The position numbers and the translations under genes were made by a program. The notes beneath the pieces were generated by a model that saw only the letters and a program-made list of their open reading frames with translations, was not told the DNA's origin and made no database searches. DNA of 64,000 bases from NCBI GenBank assembly GCA_039545335.1, contig BCIN01000001.1:1733129-1797128 (forward strand), given 5' to 3'. Positions 1 to 13,069 of the stretch are shown piece by piece (the first letter of the stretch is position 1; every line of letters starts with the position of its first letter). Origin of the DNA: Kondoa subrosea. Its lineage: Eukaryota.

Positions 1-594
1 GATGCTACTACGAATACTGAGGATGAAAGGAGTATGATTAAGAGTGTTGATAAGGGCAAAGGGAAAGCTGTGATGCAGAATGAAAGTGATACCGAGTCTG
101 AGAAGGTACGCGCAGGGTCTCTCTGCCGGATTTACCGATGCTAACGAAGGAATGTTGTCGTACAGGAAGAATCGCAGGCGGTATTACCTAAACCTCAACT
201 ACCCGTCAAATCTCGGTCAAGTTCACCTTATTCTGTTCCTCCTTCTCACCAACCTTCGCAGCCTATCTCTCGACAAGCTTCCCAATCTGCTCAAGATCAA
301 GGCAGCGCAACAGAATCCGAGAGCGAAGTCAATTCAGTTCCGCCTCAATTATCTGCTTTACCAAAATCCCGACCTTCTCCCCCAAAACGCAGACCGCTTT
401 CACCTTCACCTTCTCCTCCTCCTACTTTTGTTGCGCCTTTGCCTAAAGCTGAGCCAGGCAAGAAGAAACGCAAGTCTGCTGCGCTGGATGAAGAAATGGA
501 GAAAGAACGCTTGGCTGTATTGAGAGCTGGTGGAACTATGGGATCTCGTGCTCCAGTGCGAAAGAAAGCGCGCAGAGGAGGGAAAGGTTTCTAA
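1..594 (+). CDS. 3' end of a gene entering from the left; S/P-rich disordered tail ending RKKARRGGKGF*, possibly XLF/Nej1-like
   Basis: Frame 1 is open from base 1, with a GT-AG intron at 106-165, then EESQAVLPKP...GSRAPVRKKARRGGKGF and TAA at 592-594. The basic patch plus terminal Phe resembles the XLF Ku-binding tail (inference). Confidence 0.7.
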
Positions 595-659
595 GGTCCA
601 AATCATGCAACATTGTATTACCTATTTCCAATGTTCTTCTCGACGCGACCAATGAGACA

Positions 660-2437
660 ATGAGACGTGCTGTTGATCCCACCTTGAACAATATCGACGC
701 TCTATTGCTCACGGATGCTCAAATTGCTACATTGGGTGTGAGCGAATGCAGCGCTTTCATTGAACAATTGGATCAACAACTCGTAACAAGTTTGCAAGCT
801 ACGGATGCCAATTTCGTTAGAGCTACAAGAACAGTAACGGAAAAGATCTTACCTGCAGTAGAACAGTATGGAGAAGCCAGTCGAGAGATTTGGCAAAGTG
901 TCAAAGTGAATCCTTTCATGCGAAACCCATAGAATGGTCAGAAGCTCATACGCAGTTGAAAAGCTCTGGAAAGCTTTCTTTGAGGCTGCTGCTGGTATTC
1001 GATTAGCTGAACCAAGATGGGCTGCCGACGCGCAGGAGCAAGACAATGATCAGGAAGGTAACGAGACTCAAGCTTCTGGTAAAGGCTACCAAGATATGAG
1101 TGATGTGACACTACAAGCAGTCAATACTTCCGATCAATCTTCTTCCTCTGCTTCTTCCACACCGTCTACAAGTCGAGGTACACCACCACCTTCTACCAGG
1201 CCTAAAGCGAAACAGGTTCCCTCTTGGTCGGACGATGCTTCCGCTTTCGAATTGCTACAGCAAGATATGGAGTCTGAATTCGGTCTATCAAACGTCAATT
1301 CACCAATTCATGATTCAAGACAAGGCAGTCGACTAAGAGATCTCAGTATGGACTCACCTGATATCGTTCGCCCTGAACTAGAAACGTTGTCTTTGGGTGA
1401 TTTGAGTAAAGGCAAAGGAAGAGAAGAAGTAGATGACTCGCCGATCAAAGCAGCTCGACAAAGTTTAGCTGCCAAAGCAACAGCTGCAGCAAGAAAATCA
1501 AGCAGTAATACCATGCTCTTACAAAAAGTACTTCAACGTAATGCAGCTCAAGGTCCAACAGCCTCTACTCCAGCTTTGAACCGAATTGCAACATCAACCC
1601 CTTTTTCCATACCTCAGAACTGGGATGGATTAGCAGATCTGTCCCGAACTTCCTTGGATCCTTACCATGAATCGCCTTTCCCAAATTTACCTCGAGCTCG
1701 GTCATTAGAAGATTCAGACGCAGCTATTTCTTTCCCATCCATGGTACATTTTTCTGTCAATCGAGCAGGCTTAAGCAAAACACCAGCCAAAGAAGCAGCT
1801 AAACTAGTAACAAGAGATGTATTAGAAACGGCTGCTATGAGAATGGATAATGGTGGAATGATTGATTCACCTATTATTGAACCTCCAAGCGTTATGAAGA
1901 ATTGGCATACCAGAAATTATGGTGGAATGCTCACTCAATCTCCTCTGCCAAAACAACCTGTTTTCTTACCTCCATCGAAACCTGCTACTGCTGCTCCTTT
2001 GCCTAGAACAAGCGATTTGATCAAATTGGATGATACGAGGGAATTTAATGAAGTTGAAGAAGACGTTTTGGGCAATCAAGAATCGTTTGATGATTTCGGA
2101 GAAGAAGCGGGAGAAGGAGGACAAGATGCTTGGGGTGTTTCATTTGCTGAAGGAGAAAGTGGGATGGAGGACACGATTCGACAAGATGATGAAGATGAGG
2201 CTTCATTCGAAATGAATGCTCCGGAAGATACTGTGTTTGGTGGAAAGAGGAAATCGGATGGGATTGGGAAGTTGGAGCAATTCCTTAAAGGTCATGAAGA
2301 TATGCAAACGTTGCATGGCGGTCGTAAGTTTGATTGAGTTTTGTCAGATCTCGCTAATTCTCGTTCTAGAATTGCTTGAAAGTCAGCCTTTTGATCGCTC
2401 ACCTCTAGCAGGAAGAGATGTGAAGCATGGGTTGTAA
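660..2437 (+). CDS. ASK1: DASH/Dam1 kinetochore complex subunit Ask1
   Basis: IEQLDQQLVTSLQATDANFVRATRTVTEKILPAVEQYGEASREIWQSVK|LWKAFFEAAA matches the Ask1 N-terminal domain and is followed by a long S/P-rich tail. Introns at about 907-963 and 2323-2370. Confidence 0.88.
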
Positions 2438-2511
2438 ACATATTGATTCGTCACAACGTGGCAAAAGTTGATCTTTCGTCTTGCGACGCTTGTTTGCAAT
2501 CCATCATTTGA

Positions 2512-3580
2512 ATGTTCAAGCGTTTTCTCGGCTTAGGATCAATAGCTTCAATGGGAGGACACGGATTGAATTATACAGGACCTACGACTCAGGCTGCGTT
2601 GTCAGCGACTAAAGCATCAAGGTAGATCTCCAGTCATCGACACTTGCAAGCTCAGGCTAAGACGGTGAAGCAGCGCTGGCACTGACACTGCCATTTTTGC
2701 CAACGGTATTGTACACAAGTACTCTAAGCACGGTACACTAATCGAACTGATCTAAACAGGCTGCTTTTGGGGAACTCATCACAGTAGGTCCAACATCTGC
2801 TTTGTTAAATGTCATGAAAACTCATGCGATGTCTGCAGTGTTCGATCAAGCGTTTACTGGCAAAGGCTTAATCTCCAGTGAAGTGGGCTACGCAGGCGGA
2901 AAGACTTCCTCGCCTACCTACAGACAAGTATGCACTGGCGCAACTGGTCATGCTGAAGCCATGAAGGTCGATTATAACCCTCAAGAACTCAGCTATGCCG
3001 AGCTTGTGGAGTTCTTCTATCGCATGCATGACCCTACAGATGTCAATGGTCAAGGACCTGATCGGTATGCTCTCGTGTTGTTACTCCGTCATTTGAGCTT
3101 AGTCTCTCGTAGTGGCACTCAATATCGCTCTGTCATGTGAGGCCTTAGGTTATCGCATCTAAAGTCCAGCGCTAAACAAGGCTTGACATGCAGCTTTGCC
3201 ACTTCCGAGGAGCAGATGGATACCGCCAAAGCAGTAACCAAAGAAGTCCAGGACAAGCATTGGCCAAATAAAAAGATTGCTACGCAGCTCGTGTACGCCA
3301 AAGATCATGAGTGGTACACGGCAGAACAGGTACGCTTTTTCCGGCGCCCTTCGTTTTCATTCACTAACTTGATCATCCGTTCATTTGCTTAGTACCACCA
3401 GAAATACTTGGAAAACAATCGTACGGGTGCCTCTATATTTGTGACTTATATGTTGGCTTACATTCTCTTGATTGGCGCAGCTGGAGGATATGAGGTAAGC
3501 CAAAACTGACCTGCGAGAATCGAACTCTTGCTCATGTCTATGCTTCTTCACAGTGCCCTAGTCACAGACTCTACTGGTGA
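2512..3580 (+). CDS. msrA: Peptide methionine sulfoxide reductase MsrA
   Basis: Spliced AIFANGCFWG, EVGYAGG, PTYRQVCTGATGHAEA, HDPT..NGQGPD.GTQYRS, AEQYHQKYL, ending GGYECPSHRLYW*; many short introns. Confidence 0.95.
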
Positions 3581-3853
3581 TTACAGTGAGTTCTGCTTGT
3601 CTTAGACTCATTTCTTGCCCTGCCACAACGTGATGAGACCGCTGGGGCCAGAGTAACAGTCTTTTAAGATTCTGTGATGCCTACACAAACCAGCCATACA
3701 TCTTTCTTCTCGGAAGCTAGTCTACGGACGCTTCTTCAGCTTCTGATCCTTTTCCATCTCAAACTTGTGTCTTTGAGAACTCGAGCTGATATCTGGTGGC
3801 AGTAATGATATGTATATAGACATCTATGCATTGCAAAATATGTAAACACTGCA

Positions 3854-5734
3854 CTACAAGTCGACCAGTAACTTTGCTTTTGGTTGCCAGGGATCTTCGC
3901 CTGGTGTAAAATCGAAAGTTGTCAAAAGCCGATGCGCATATATCCGCAACTCCAGCATCGCAAATTTGTTTCTGCATACACGGGTCAGTTCTGTTTCTGG
4001 TCAAGGCTCAAACACATACCCTAAGCAAGATCGAGTTCCTCCGCCAAAGTTGACCATGCCATTCCAGCAGCCTGGTCCGAAGCCAGTATAACTCCTCAAT
4101 CTCTCTCCATTTTCGCCTAACCATCTCTCTGGTCTGAACTCTAAAGCATCTTTTCCAAATCGTTCCTTGTTCTGATTCATGACTTGGATTGGAATGCTGC
4201 CGCACTCGTCAAGATTTGTCATACGGCCGCTCGATGTACTGACCTTAGCGACTGCCCTTTCTTTACCGGCAGGGCATCTATCCGTGTCCCATCTATCAGT
4301 CGAACACTCTGACTGAGTGGAATCACATCATCTTGAGAAGCGATTCTTTCCAGTGGTACGACATCAACAACTCTGATCGCTTCTTTCAGACAAGCATCTA
4401 GATACTCTGCTCTCTGCAATTGATCGACTGTAGGATGATCGCCCAAAGCAAGCATTTCAGATCGGAGTTGGGCTTGAATTTCTGGGTTTAGAACCATCTG
4501 ACGCAAGAAACCGGATTGAACTGATAATACTGTTCCCCAGCCTGCCATGATGAAAGTCATCAACTGAGCTTGGACTTCTTCTGCTGTCAATTGTGTTTTT
4601 GGTGTTGCGCTCAAGTTGGCTTTGACTGATTAGTCACAGAGTCAGTCTAATTTTCAGGTCTAAAAGAGAATATACTGACCTAGTACTGATAACAGATCTT
4701 TCCTGATTGACGAGTCTAATTGAGCATCTTGAAGTCCAGCTTTGAAGAGATCTTCCGAGGTCGATTTCATTACATCCAGCTGGGCTTTGAGTTGTTTTCC
4801 GCTTTCAATTGGTAGGGCAAATACGAGGCGCAGAATGAAAGCCGGGAACTTGTCTACGATCGCTTCGAGCAAGAGCTGCCTGTATGTCCGTTGGTTCGAA
4901 ATGGACCTGATCAATAGAGTGAGTCCAAAGCGTTTTCAAGTTTAATCTGGCTCACATCAAGTATGATAGTGCTCCGAATAGCGGCGTAGTGGAACCTTTG
5001 TTGAAGACATCAAAATCGTAACCAAATGCCGCTTCGCCAATAGCATTCAACAAGCTGAAGCTGCAATCCATTGTCAAGTTCAAATAAGTCCAAGACTCTT
5101 CGCTGGATTTGATCTGGTTGATCCACCTATCTCTCACATCTTCTGCACTCTTCTCGAAGATTGGGCCAAGCTGATTGATTTGTTGCGTACCAAAAGCAGG
5201 CAACATGATTCTTCGTAATCTTCGATGCGTTTCGCCAACAGTCGATAGCAATCCTTGACCAAACATAGCTGCGAACCTGGGTTTCTCGACTGTTTCTTTA
5301 TCGTACAAGTAATTCCCGCCGGACAGAAGATGAGCTACTGCTGCTGGATCTTCGATCTGGATGTGATCTCGCTGTATTGTCAAGATCATCAATCAATGTT
5401 GAAGTCAAACAAAGGGAAGATGGCCTACGCCTAAGGAACCCTTGAAGCGGACGATGCTACCGTAGGTACGAGACCATTGAACACTGATGCCCTCCGAATG
5501 TGCTATGCTGTAGAAATCGACCAAACTTCCCAAAAGCCATGTTGAAGATTTCGGTCCTGGTAGTCTACTGATAGCGCTTGTTCGATACTGATACTGTCTG
5601 TACGCTAAATATGCCAGAGAGAAGAGGATTGTCCAGGTGCTGTTGAGATTGTCTCAGCTTATGTTCGCCGTGGAGTTGTCGATTAAACCGTACAGAGGGG
5701 AGAACGATGTGACATCTATGGGAAATAATTGCAT
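3854..5734 (-). CDS. Microsomal cytochrome P450
   Basis: N-terminal anchor (TWTILLSLAYLAY) and LPGP hinge, I-helix TFIMAGWGT, ExxR (KEAIR), FRPERW, heme motif FGGGTRSCLG. The 3' end is uncertain: TAG at 3854-3856, or one more intron to about 3759. Confidence 0.92.
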
Positions 5735-5840
5735 CGTCGTTGCTCTTCATGAGCCATTGCAGAAGAAAGTCGGAATGTCATGCACACAAAAGAGACTTCG
5801 TGACAAAAGACCTGTTTATCCCGACCGAAGACTCCAGTCG

Positions 5841-7451
5841 ATGAATAATGTGCTGCGCTCTGCTACAAGAGTCAACAGAATATCCCGGCGCTTGCAAGAC
5901 AGTACCAATGAGCTATCGTGCCCATGGTGTCAAAATTTCGCTCGTCAGCGGAAATCTCTAGCAAGGCAGCAATCTACGTCTGCAGCTTCTACTTCTTCCT
6001 CTTCTTCTTCTCATGCACAAAGGCCACCGATATTGGCATCACAAACGTTGCATAATGCGACCTTACCTGTCTTCACCGATCCTCTGAAATTGGTTGGCAA
6101 GGAATTGGGTGTAATGAGGAGTAGTATACAGTCTTTACTTGGATCAAGGCATCCTGCGCTGGATACAATGTCGAAATACTACTTTACTGGAGCAGAAGCC
6201 AAGCATATCAGACCTATGATCGTCTTGCTTATGTCACAAGCTACAAATGGTCTAGCACCGCAATTCGATTCGATATGGCAGAAAGCTATGCAGATCGAGC
6301 AAAGGACGACATCCAATGAAATTGACGATGCGTTTGAAGGCGAAGAAGAACATGTTCGCAATGTGAATACTTCGATAAATCCAGAATCGATACTGAACGA
6401 TGTCAATCCCGATGCACCAACGCGATCAGATCCAGCGATTCAGAATGTCAACGATACCAAAGGCACTTATGTCTTACCTTCTCAAAGAAGATTAGCGGAA
6501 ATCATCGAAATGATTCATGTTGCTTCTCTTCTCCACGACGATGTCATTGACAACGCAACAACTCGTCGAGCTCAACCTTCAGCTCCAGCTCAATTTGGGA
6601 ACAAGCTCACGATTTTGGGTGGCGATTTCCTTTTAGCTCGAGCATCCCTTTACCTTTCACGACTGGGAAGTACAGAAGTAGTAGAAGTCATCGCTTCCGT
6701 ATTAGCAAATTTAGTAGAAGGAGAAGTGATGCAAATGAAAGGCAACACACCTTCAACTGCTACTTCTTCTATCTTATCCTTTCTTTCCACTTCCACAAAA
6801 TCAGGACCAACACCAGAAACTTTTGATCATTACATGACCAAAACTTATCTCAAAACTGCTTCCCTCATGGCTAAATCCGCAAGAGCTGCTGTTGTGCTAG
6901 GAGGAAACGGGATTAAGCAAGGCTGGCCACCCGGAGAAAAATACAAGCTTGCTGCTTATTCTTACGGCAAGAACCTTGGCTTAGCTTTCCAGGTAAATTT
7001 ATCCTTTCTTTTCTTAATGCATTGGTGCTCGAACTTAAAAACAAATAAAACACAGATAGTGGACGATTTATTGGATTTCACTTCAAGCGAATCAGTTTTG
7101 GGTAAACCTGGAGCTGGAGCAGATCTGAAATTGGGTTTAGCAACAGCACCAGCTTTATATGCGTGGGAAGAATTCCCAGAGATGGGTGCTTTGATTGAGA
7201 GAAAGTTTGAAGGACCTGGAGATGTGGAAATGGTTCGTTTTTGTGCTGGATCGGTATATTGATGCATCGCTGATCCGGTTGCGTAGGCTAAAAATTACGT
7301 TTCACGATCAAAAGGGATAGAAAGAAGTAGAGAACTGGCAGCTAAACATGCTCGATTGGCAAGGGAAGCGATCGTTGAAGTATTTCCAGAAAGCAAAGCA
7401 AGGGAAGCGTTGGTTGGATTGACAGAAAGGGTGTTAAGTAGAGTCAAGTAG
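5841..7451 (+). CDS. COQ1: Mitochondrial trans-polyprenyl diphosphate synthase (ubiquinone side chain)
   Basis: Arg/Ser-rich presequence MNNVLRSATRVNRISRRL; KHIRP, EMIHVASLLHDDVID, KTASL, FQ|IVDDLLD, GADLKLGLATAP; last exon ends RVLSRVK TAG at 7451. Confidence 0.93.
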
Positions 7452-7603
7452 AAGAAATAGAGATTGTAAAGAGCTTCCAAGTTGCATAGTACTCCGTTGC
7501 ATGAATTTCCAGGTTATCCACAGACGAGATTTGGTCGACTTGCTTTGGGATCTTGCTTGGGAGGCATCAATTGGCAAAGGCTGCTTCATGTGGGCCGCAT
7601 TGG

Positions 7604-10065
7604 ATGCGCAATATTGGAACTCTATGTCGAAGGAGAATTCTCAACTCTGGGTGTCAAATCAGCAAAGGCTGCAATCAGCCAAGGTCACAGTCAAGCGTAA
7701 GCGAAGGAAAAGCAGTAGAAGCTGTACAGTATGCGCAAGATGCTCCTGCTTCGCCCAAAGTCAGCTCTTGCAATTTTGTGAGTATCTGTTTGAAGCTCAT
7801 CTTGCCCAGCAGATCCAACCAATACTAGCCCTTCCGCCGCCTTCGCCGAAGACAAAGAACAACAATCTATGGCAAGCAAAGTTCCAGCAAGCTCTCAGTC
7901 GAGGAGACGTCGAAATGACTTGGAGATTCTTCACACCGAGTACAGTAGAAGCAGACCTCATTCAAGCGAAGGAGTGGATGTCTCTTTACCATCTACAAGC
8001 ACGGGGCACAGAAGTCGAAACCCGTCTCAAACGTTTGATCTTCATCTACAATCGCAATGTGTCAAGCCAAAACTCACAACCCTCTGTCTTCCTGTCTTTT
8101 TTACACCTCTTCATCGAAAGCGCACAAAGTCTTTTGCATCTCCGAAGCTCGAAAGGCGGCTTGATCCCTGCCAAATTTCGTGTCGAGCTGGCCAATCTTT
8201 CCCGTCAGATATCTGGCTTTACAAATCAAGTACTCCGTTCAACAGGAGAATCATACGGGCGTCTGGAGGTATTGATGGCAAGTCTAGAGTACGCTGGCTT
8301 AAACAGTACACTTCGTCCGCGAGCCAATACAAACGATTATCTTCGGCAATATCGTACTCTTCGCTATTTGATGAGGGCTGCTCATGATCAGCCTCTACTC
8401 TTGTATCGCTGTCAAGCTATCTCTCATGAGATACTCAAAACCCTATTGGCGTCGAAACATCGGCCGATCAGGACAACCCGTCTGCTCGAAGACTTGGTCG
8501 CTACCAATCTAGAATTGCCGCCTTATCACTTACTGCAACCCGTGGTGTCTCAATTTGCCAAGACTGCTCCCGATGGCGAAATCAAATATCTGCCTACACC
8601 TAGCCTTTATCTAATCTCGGACACTCTTCGAGAACGTCTCAGTATCGCTCAATTGAAGGATGCCAGTACCACTTCAGAACTTCAAGAAGCTCTCTCTTTC
8701 GCCTTGCGTAGCAAATCCATACCAAGTGGACAAGACCTATTGGCTGCTCTAATTCATGCTCTGGCAAGCACCGATATTGAGCTACCTGACATGGAAACAC
8801 CACATCGTGTCAAGTTCGCCATCGATCTGTTCTTGACTTATGTTAAGAACGGAGGTGAAGCAAACGGGTTGCTCAAGCGCATGATCTTGGATCTGATTCA
8901 GCAAAATCCAGGCATGGAAGGCAAAGCTCGAGCAAATCAATTAGCAAACCTCATTGTCTATCCTCGACTCTCTCGTCGCAAACGCCAAGTCGATACTACT
9001 CACCTGGCTGAGGTCTTTCATTTTGCACTGAATTCTAGTCACTATCCTCTGGCTAGATCAGTTTACCTCTCTGCTCGTCGTCATTCTCCAAGCATTCTCA
9101 GTGCAGCTTTCGACGGTCCTCGTGGTCAAGCTCGTTATATCTGGATGCTCAGCAATGCCCTTGATCCTGTTGAACTGGCCAAGCGTCCCCGTTTCCCGCT
9201 GGTACTTGGCTTTCGACATACCCTGAACCTCGAAGCTATAGATGCAGATCTTTCACGAGCTTTCGCTCATCATATTGGCAGAATTAACAATCCTGCTCTG
9301 GTAGAAAGATGGCTCAGTACTCGACAAAGACCTCTTTCGTACAACGACTGTATTTCTCTCCTGCAATCGGCTATCCAAACGACTCGTTTCATACCAGCTC
9401 GACGTATACTAGATTTACTTCAACCCACACAGCTTCGCCCTTTCCCTCTCGATGCAGTCTACAACCGCCTTCTCGCTTCTATCTCAATTGCTCATCCAAA
9501 TCATATCCGAATAGTCAAGGAATTTATTCGTAATATGCCACATGAACCAAATGGCACTACCTATACGTGGTTATTGAGAGCATTCAGCAGAAGATGGAAT
9601 CTCTCAGCCAAACATCTAGCCCAACTCAGACAAATCAGGATCAATATGGTCGAAGATGGTGTATTACCAGATGCAAGGCATGATGCGGAAGTGGTTTATG
9701 CTTTAACGAGAAGAGATGCTTTAGGTGAAGCGATGAAAGGTTTCTTGATGATACAAGACGTGGATTTGGTTGAGAGCGAGATTGCGGGAATGTTGGCTTG
9801 CAGATTGGCTGATGTGGGTATGTTTGATGAAGCGCAAATCGTTGTCAGACGTTGGCAGCAAAGTGAACAATCAACAAGAGTTATGGCGGATGTGAGGAGA
9901 GATCCGAAGACTCTTATTGTTGCCGCTCTTTACATTCAAGCTATGCGAAGTGGGAAGAGATATTTCGATGAAGATTGGTTGCGGAAGCTAGGAATCAGGG
10001 AGGACAGAGCTCTGTTGAGATTAAAGAAGAAGCTATGGCTAGCAGGGAATAAGACATCGAAATAA
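7604..10065 (+). CDS. Mitochondrial PPR-like helical-repeat protein
   Basis: Long ORF with degenerate PPR motifs (AVYNRLLASI, PNGTTYTWLLRAF, MVEDGVLPDARH). The likely start is 7604 (presequence-like MRNIGTLCRRRIL...RSQSS), spliced through intron 7760-7812 into the long frame. Confidence 0.7.
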
Positions 10066-10152
10066 TACATGAATGAAATGTAAGGGTTGACTGGATTATT
10101 GTACAAAAACAAAAGAACGAGACAGCTATATGCTTGGAATTGATCTACTGAT

Positions 10153-12374
10153 CTACTTATCACCGTTCTTGTACAGAGGCATGTCTGAGATCCAACGATT
10201 GAAAAGATCGAGAGCTGCAACAGGCTGGAACGACGACTCAGCACAACGCCAACAATAAAATTATAGAGCGCCAATTGAATATAGCTTACTTGATCGTATG
10301 GAACCTGAAGATTGCTGTCAGCATGTATACGCATACTTGAAAATGATCGCAAGCTCACCATGTGACCTGCATTGTAGACCTTGACGAAGGCGAATTTACC
10401 AGCTCCATGTCCGATAGATCGTACCTCTCCCACGAGCTTATCATCTACCAGAGTAGTCCAAGGTAGGTCTTTGGCTGCATTGAAATCTTGCTGAACAGTT
10501 TGGTTCAAGGCGAGTGCCCAGCGCTTGTTTCCTGCAATGAAGGGTTCTAAAATGATAACATGAGGTTCAAACACAACACTCACCTAACCAGTTGCACATA
10601 GCGTCGTCTGCAGGTATACGTATCAGTGATCATTGCCGACTGCAGGGGATGAAGCGGACCTTCTCCAGCATAGATTAAGACGCGGATTCCGTCATCAACC
10701 AATTCTGGCAGCAGGATTGAGCTATCATGCATGCCATCGCCTGTAGGACAGTCAGATGGCCAACTATCGAAGGTGTCACATGACGTACCTTGGAAGGAGA
10801 AAGCTCTGAGCAGAGAACAGGGAATTGAGATCTGGGGAGAAAATGATGTGTATCCTACGTACTGATTGACCTGCCTGTAAAGTGACAATCAATGCAATCA
10901 GCGAATGCTGATGAGCCATGAAGAGTCACATACATGTTGCATGACTCGAATTTGAGCCTAGATGGGGCTCCAAGCTCTTTCTTGACATGATCTTGATTTA
11001 TGTAGGCTTCTATCCACTGCATTTGTTGGTAGCAAAGAGGTCCATCCTTTAGTCAAAAAAATCAGCGTAATGCAGGCAATGTCTGAATAGGGCAGAACTG
11101 ACTTTGCCATTTCGGTCACACTTTCTGCGGATGTCGTACGGATTGAGACCAGAGTTGCTAATAGGTCCAACAATGTTTTGCCAGCCTGTCATTTGGTTTC
11201 AGCATCCATACCGTTCAGAAAAGCACTTAAAACGTACAGTAAAGAGTAGCTGGAACACAAGTCAATCTTGAAGGGTTATCGTAGCAGTATTTCTGCAATC
11301 TAGCGCAAGTAGGGGTCTTGCCCTTGATTCCGGTACAGGTAGCATCATCGAAAATCTTGTTCTCCTTGCAAGCGAAATCGTATTGCGAAGCGAATTGAGT
11401 TAAAGGTTCAGTTAAGCCATTTCCAATCATTACTGAGGTCAAAGGGATTTTAACATGTTCCGTTTCGCGTAATGCAAGAGCTTTATTCTCTTTGTGAATG
11501 TAAGAAGCGAAATGAGGTGCGTAGTGTCCTCCATAAGATTCCGCAGCCAAATGGAATGGCAATTTGCCATATTGTGGGAACTTCTTGTACCATAATTGCA
11601 GGAAAGCGTAGACATCTACTGCAGCAGCAGGTGTATTATTGACTGACTCGTTGTTTGACCAAGACAAGCCAACATTGATAGGTTGATCGAGGAAGAGCAC
11701 GGAGCTCTTTGAAGTCCAGGAGAAAGGATTGTAGGTCAAGTTCTTGCCTTCATTGGCAACCGCGCAAGGACCCAATTCGAACAGAAGACCAGTCGAAGAA
11801 GAGCAACCGGGACCTATTTATGCGGGTTCTGTAAGCAACTCACGGAACAATTGCTCATTTGACTCACCTCCATTGAGCCAAAGTGTAACGGGATCTTCTG
11901 TAGGGGAAGATCGAGATTCGAAGAACCAGAAGAACAAGTGTCTACACAATCCTTCAGCTCTGACATAGCGAATCTCATGTTTAGTTTCACCTGTCGTCCG
12001 AAATGTCCAGATAACCCGAGTACTGCTGCACATCGGGATCGCAAAGACCTTTAGGCTGCTTAATCCTGATCTGATAGTCTGGTAGCTCTGCCATTGTAAT
12101 AACTTCGACTATGGTCCAATGTTCAGCTTGTGCTATCGATTCTCTTTGGGTTTAGCAACTTACAACCATCTGTGTCTGCCTGTAGGGATTGTAATTTGCT
12201 CTTGGCGTAGCTCATAGCCTGCTTCTCCACATGCGACACGACAGATTCGACCATGTCAAGGCCATCGCTCAGTGTATCGATCAGAGAGGTCTCTTTGCCT
12301 TGCTGGAACGTGATCTGATTGGGCAAAGCGTTGACTGCCAATGCAGCAGCTAGGAAAATGAATGAAGCCTTCAT
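10153..12374 (-). CDS. Serine carboxypeptidase S10, carboxypeptidase Y-like, with signal and propeptide
   Basis: Signal [51 protein letters not shown] (Ser), YAGEDDAMCN (Asp), NAGHMVP (His). Confidence 0.95.
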
Positions 12375-13069
12375 CTTGAATGTGATGGTTTCGCTCAAGA
12401 AACTTAAGAAAGGGGACCACGCAAGCTGCTCGAATTGGGCATGGCGAGCCACCTCTGTTCTTCTGGTTCCCTTTGTTTCTGGTGACTTGCTGCTCTGTCA
12501 ATGCTTGCTATGCGAAGCTTGTTATGCTGTATCTGCATAAAATCTTCTACATTCGGTCCGATCGAAAGACAGCACTTTCCTTCTTCATCTCATTGCTCGA
12601 TATTACTACTATACGCTCGCAGCTGTCTCCAGTTTGGTGAAGATTGGCCTCCATGCATATCCGAGCAGCTTCCCTCTCTCAAGTGGAATCGGCGGACGCA
12701 TAATCAAATTATCTTGTGAAAGGTATCAAGTGCTTGCTCTGAGCTTCCAGTCAGTGTTCTGCAGATTCCATATCCTCTCCATTCTTGTCTTTTATCTTGG
12801 TCTTATTGCTCTAATTCCACCCTGCTCATTCACCTCGAGAACCGTCTTAGGTCATCTTAAGTCCTCCTTTGTCATCTGTTCGTGTGCCTTCTGAATGAAA
12901 AGAAGTAAATGCCAACAATAGCTGCCTATTATTGGCTCCTGTACGGCGGTCCGGACGTAGTCGCGTACGTACACGCAGTGATATAAAGCCGTTTCCCTCT
13001 CGTCTGCTTCTCTTTCCAACTCAACCACAACACACTCTCGACCACACTCACTATCTCACAAATTGTATC

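Noticed and set aside
2756..2775. Possible selenocysteine in the MsrA active site
   Set aside because: The codon is TGC (Cys) in GCFWG; there is no in-frame TGA.
5637..5840. N-terminal extension of the COQ1 ORF overlapping the P450 start
   Set aside because: It begins at a non-ATG codon and is antisense to the P450 first exons; ATG 5841 gives a proper presequence.
7501..7603. ORF-track start of the 854-aa protein, which would leave a 49-bp gap after COQ1
   Set aside because: ATG 7604 in another frame gives a presequence-like N-terminus and splices in frame through a typical 53-nt intron (7760-7812), so the 7501 extension is probably fortuitous.
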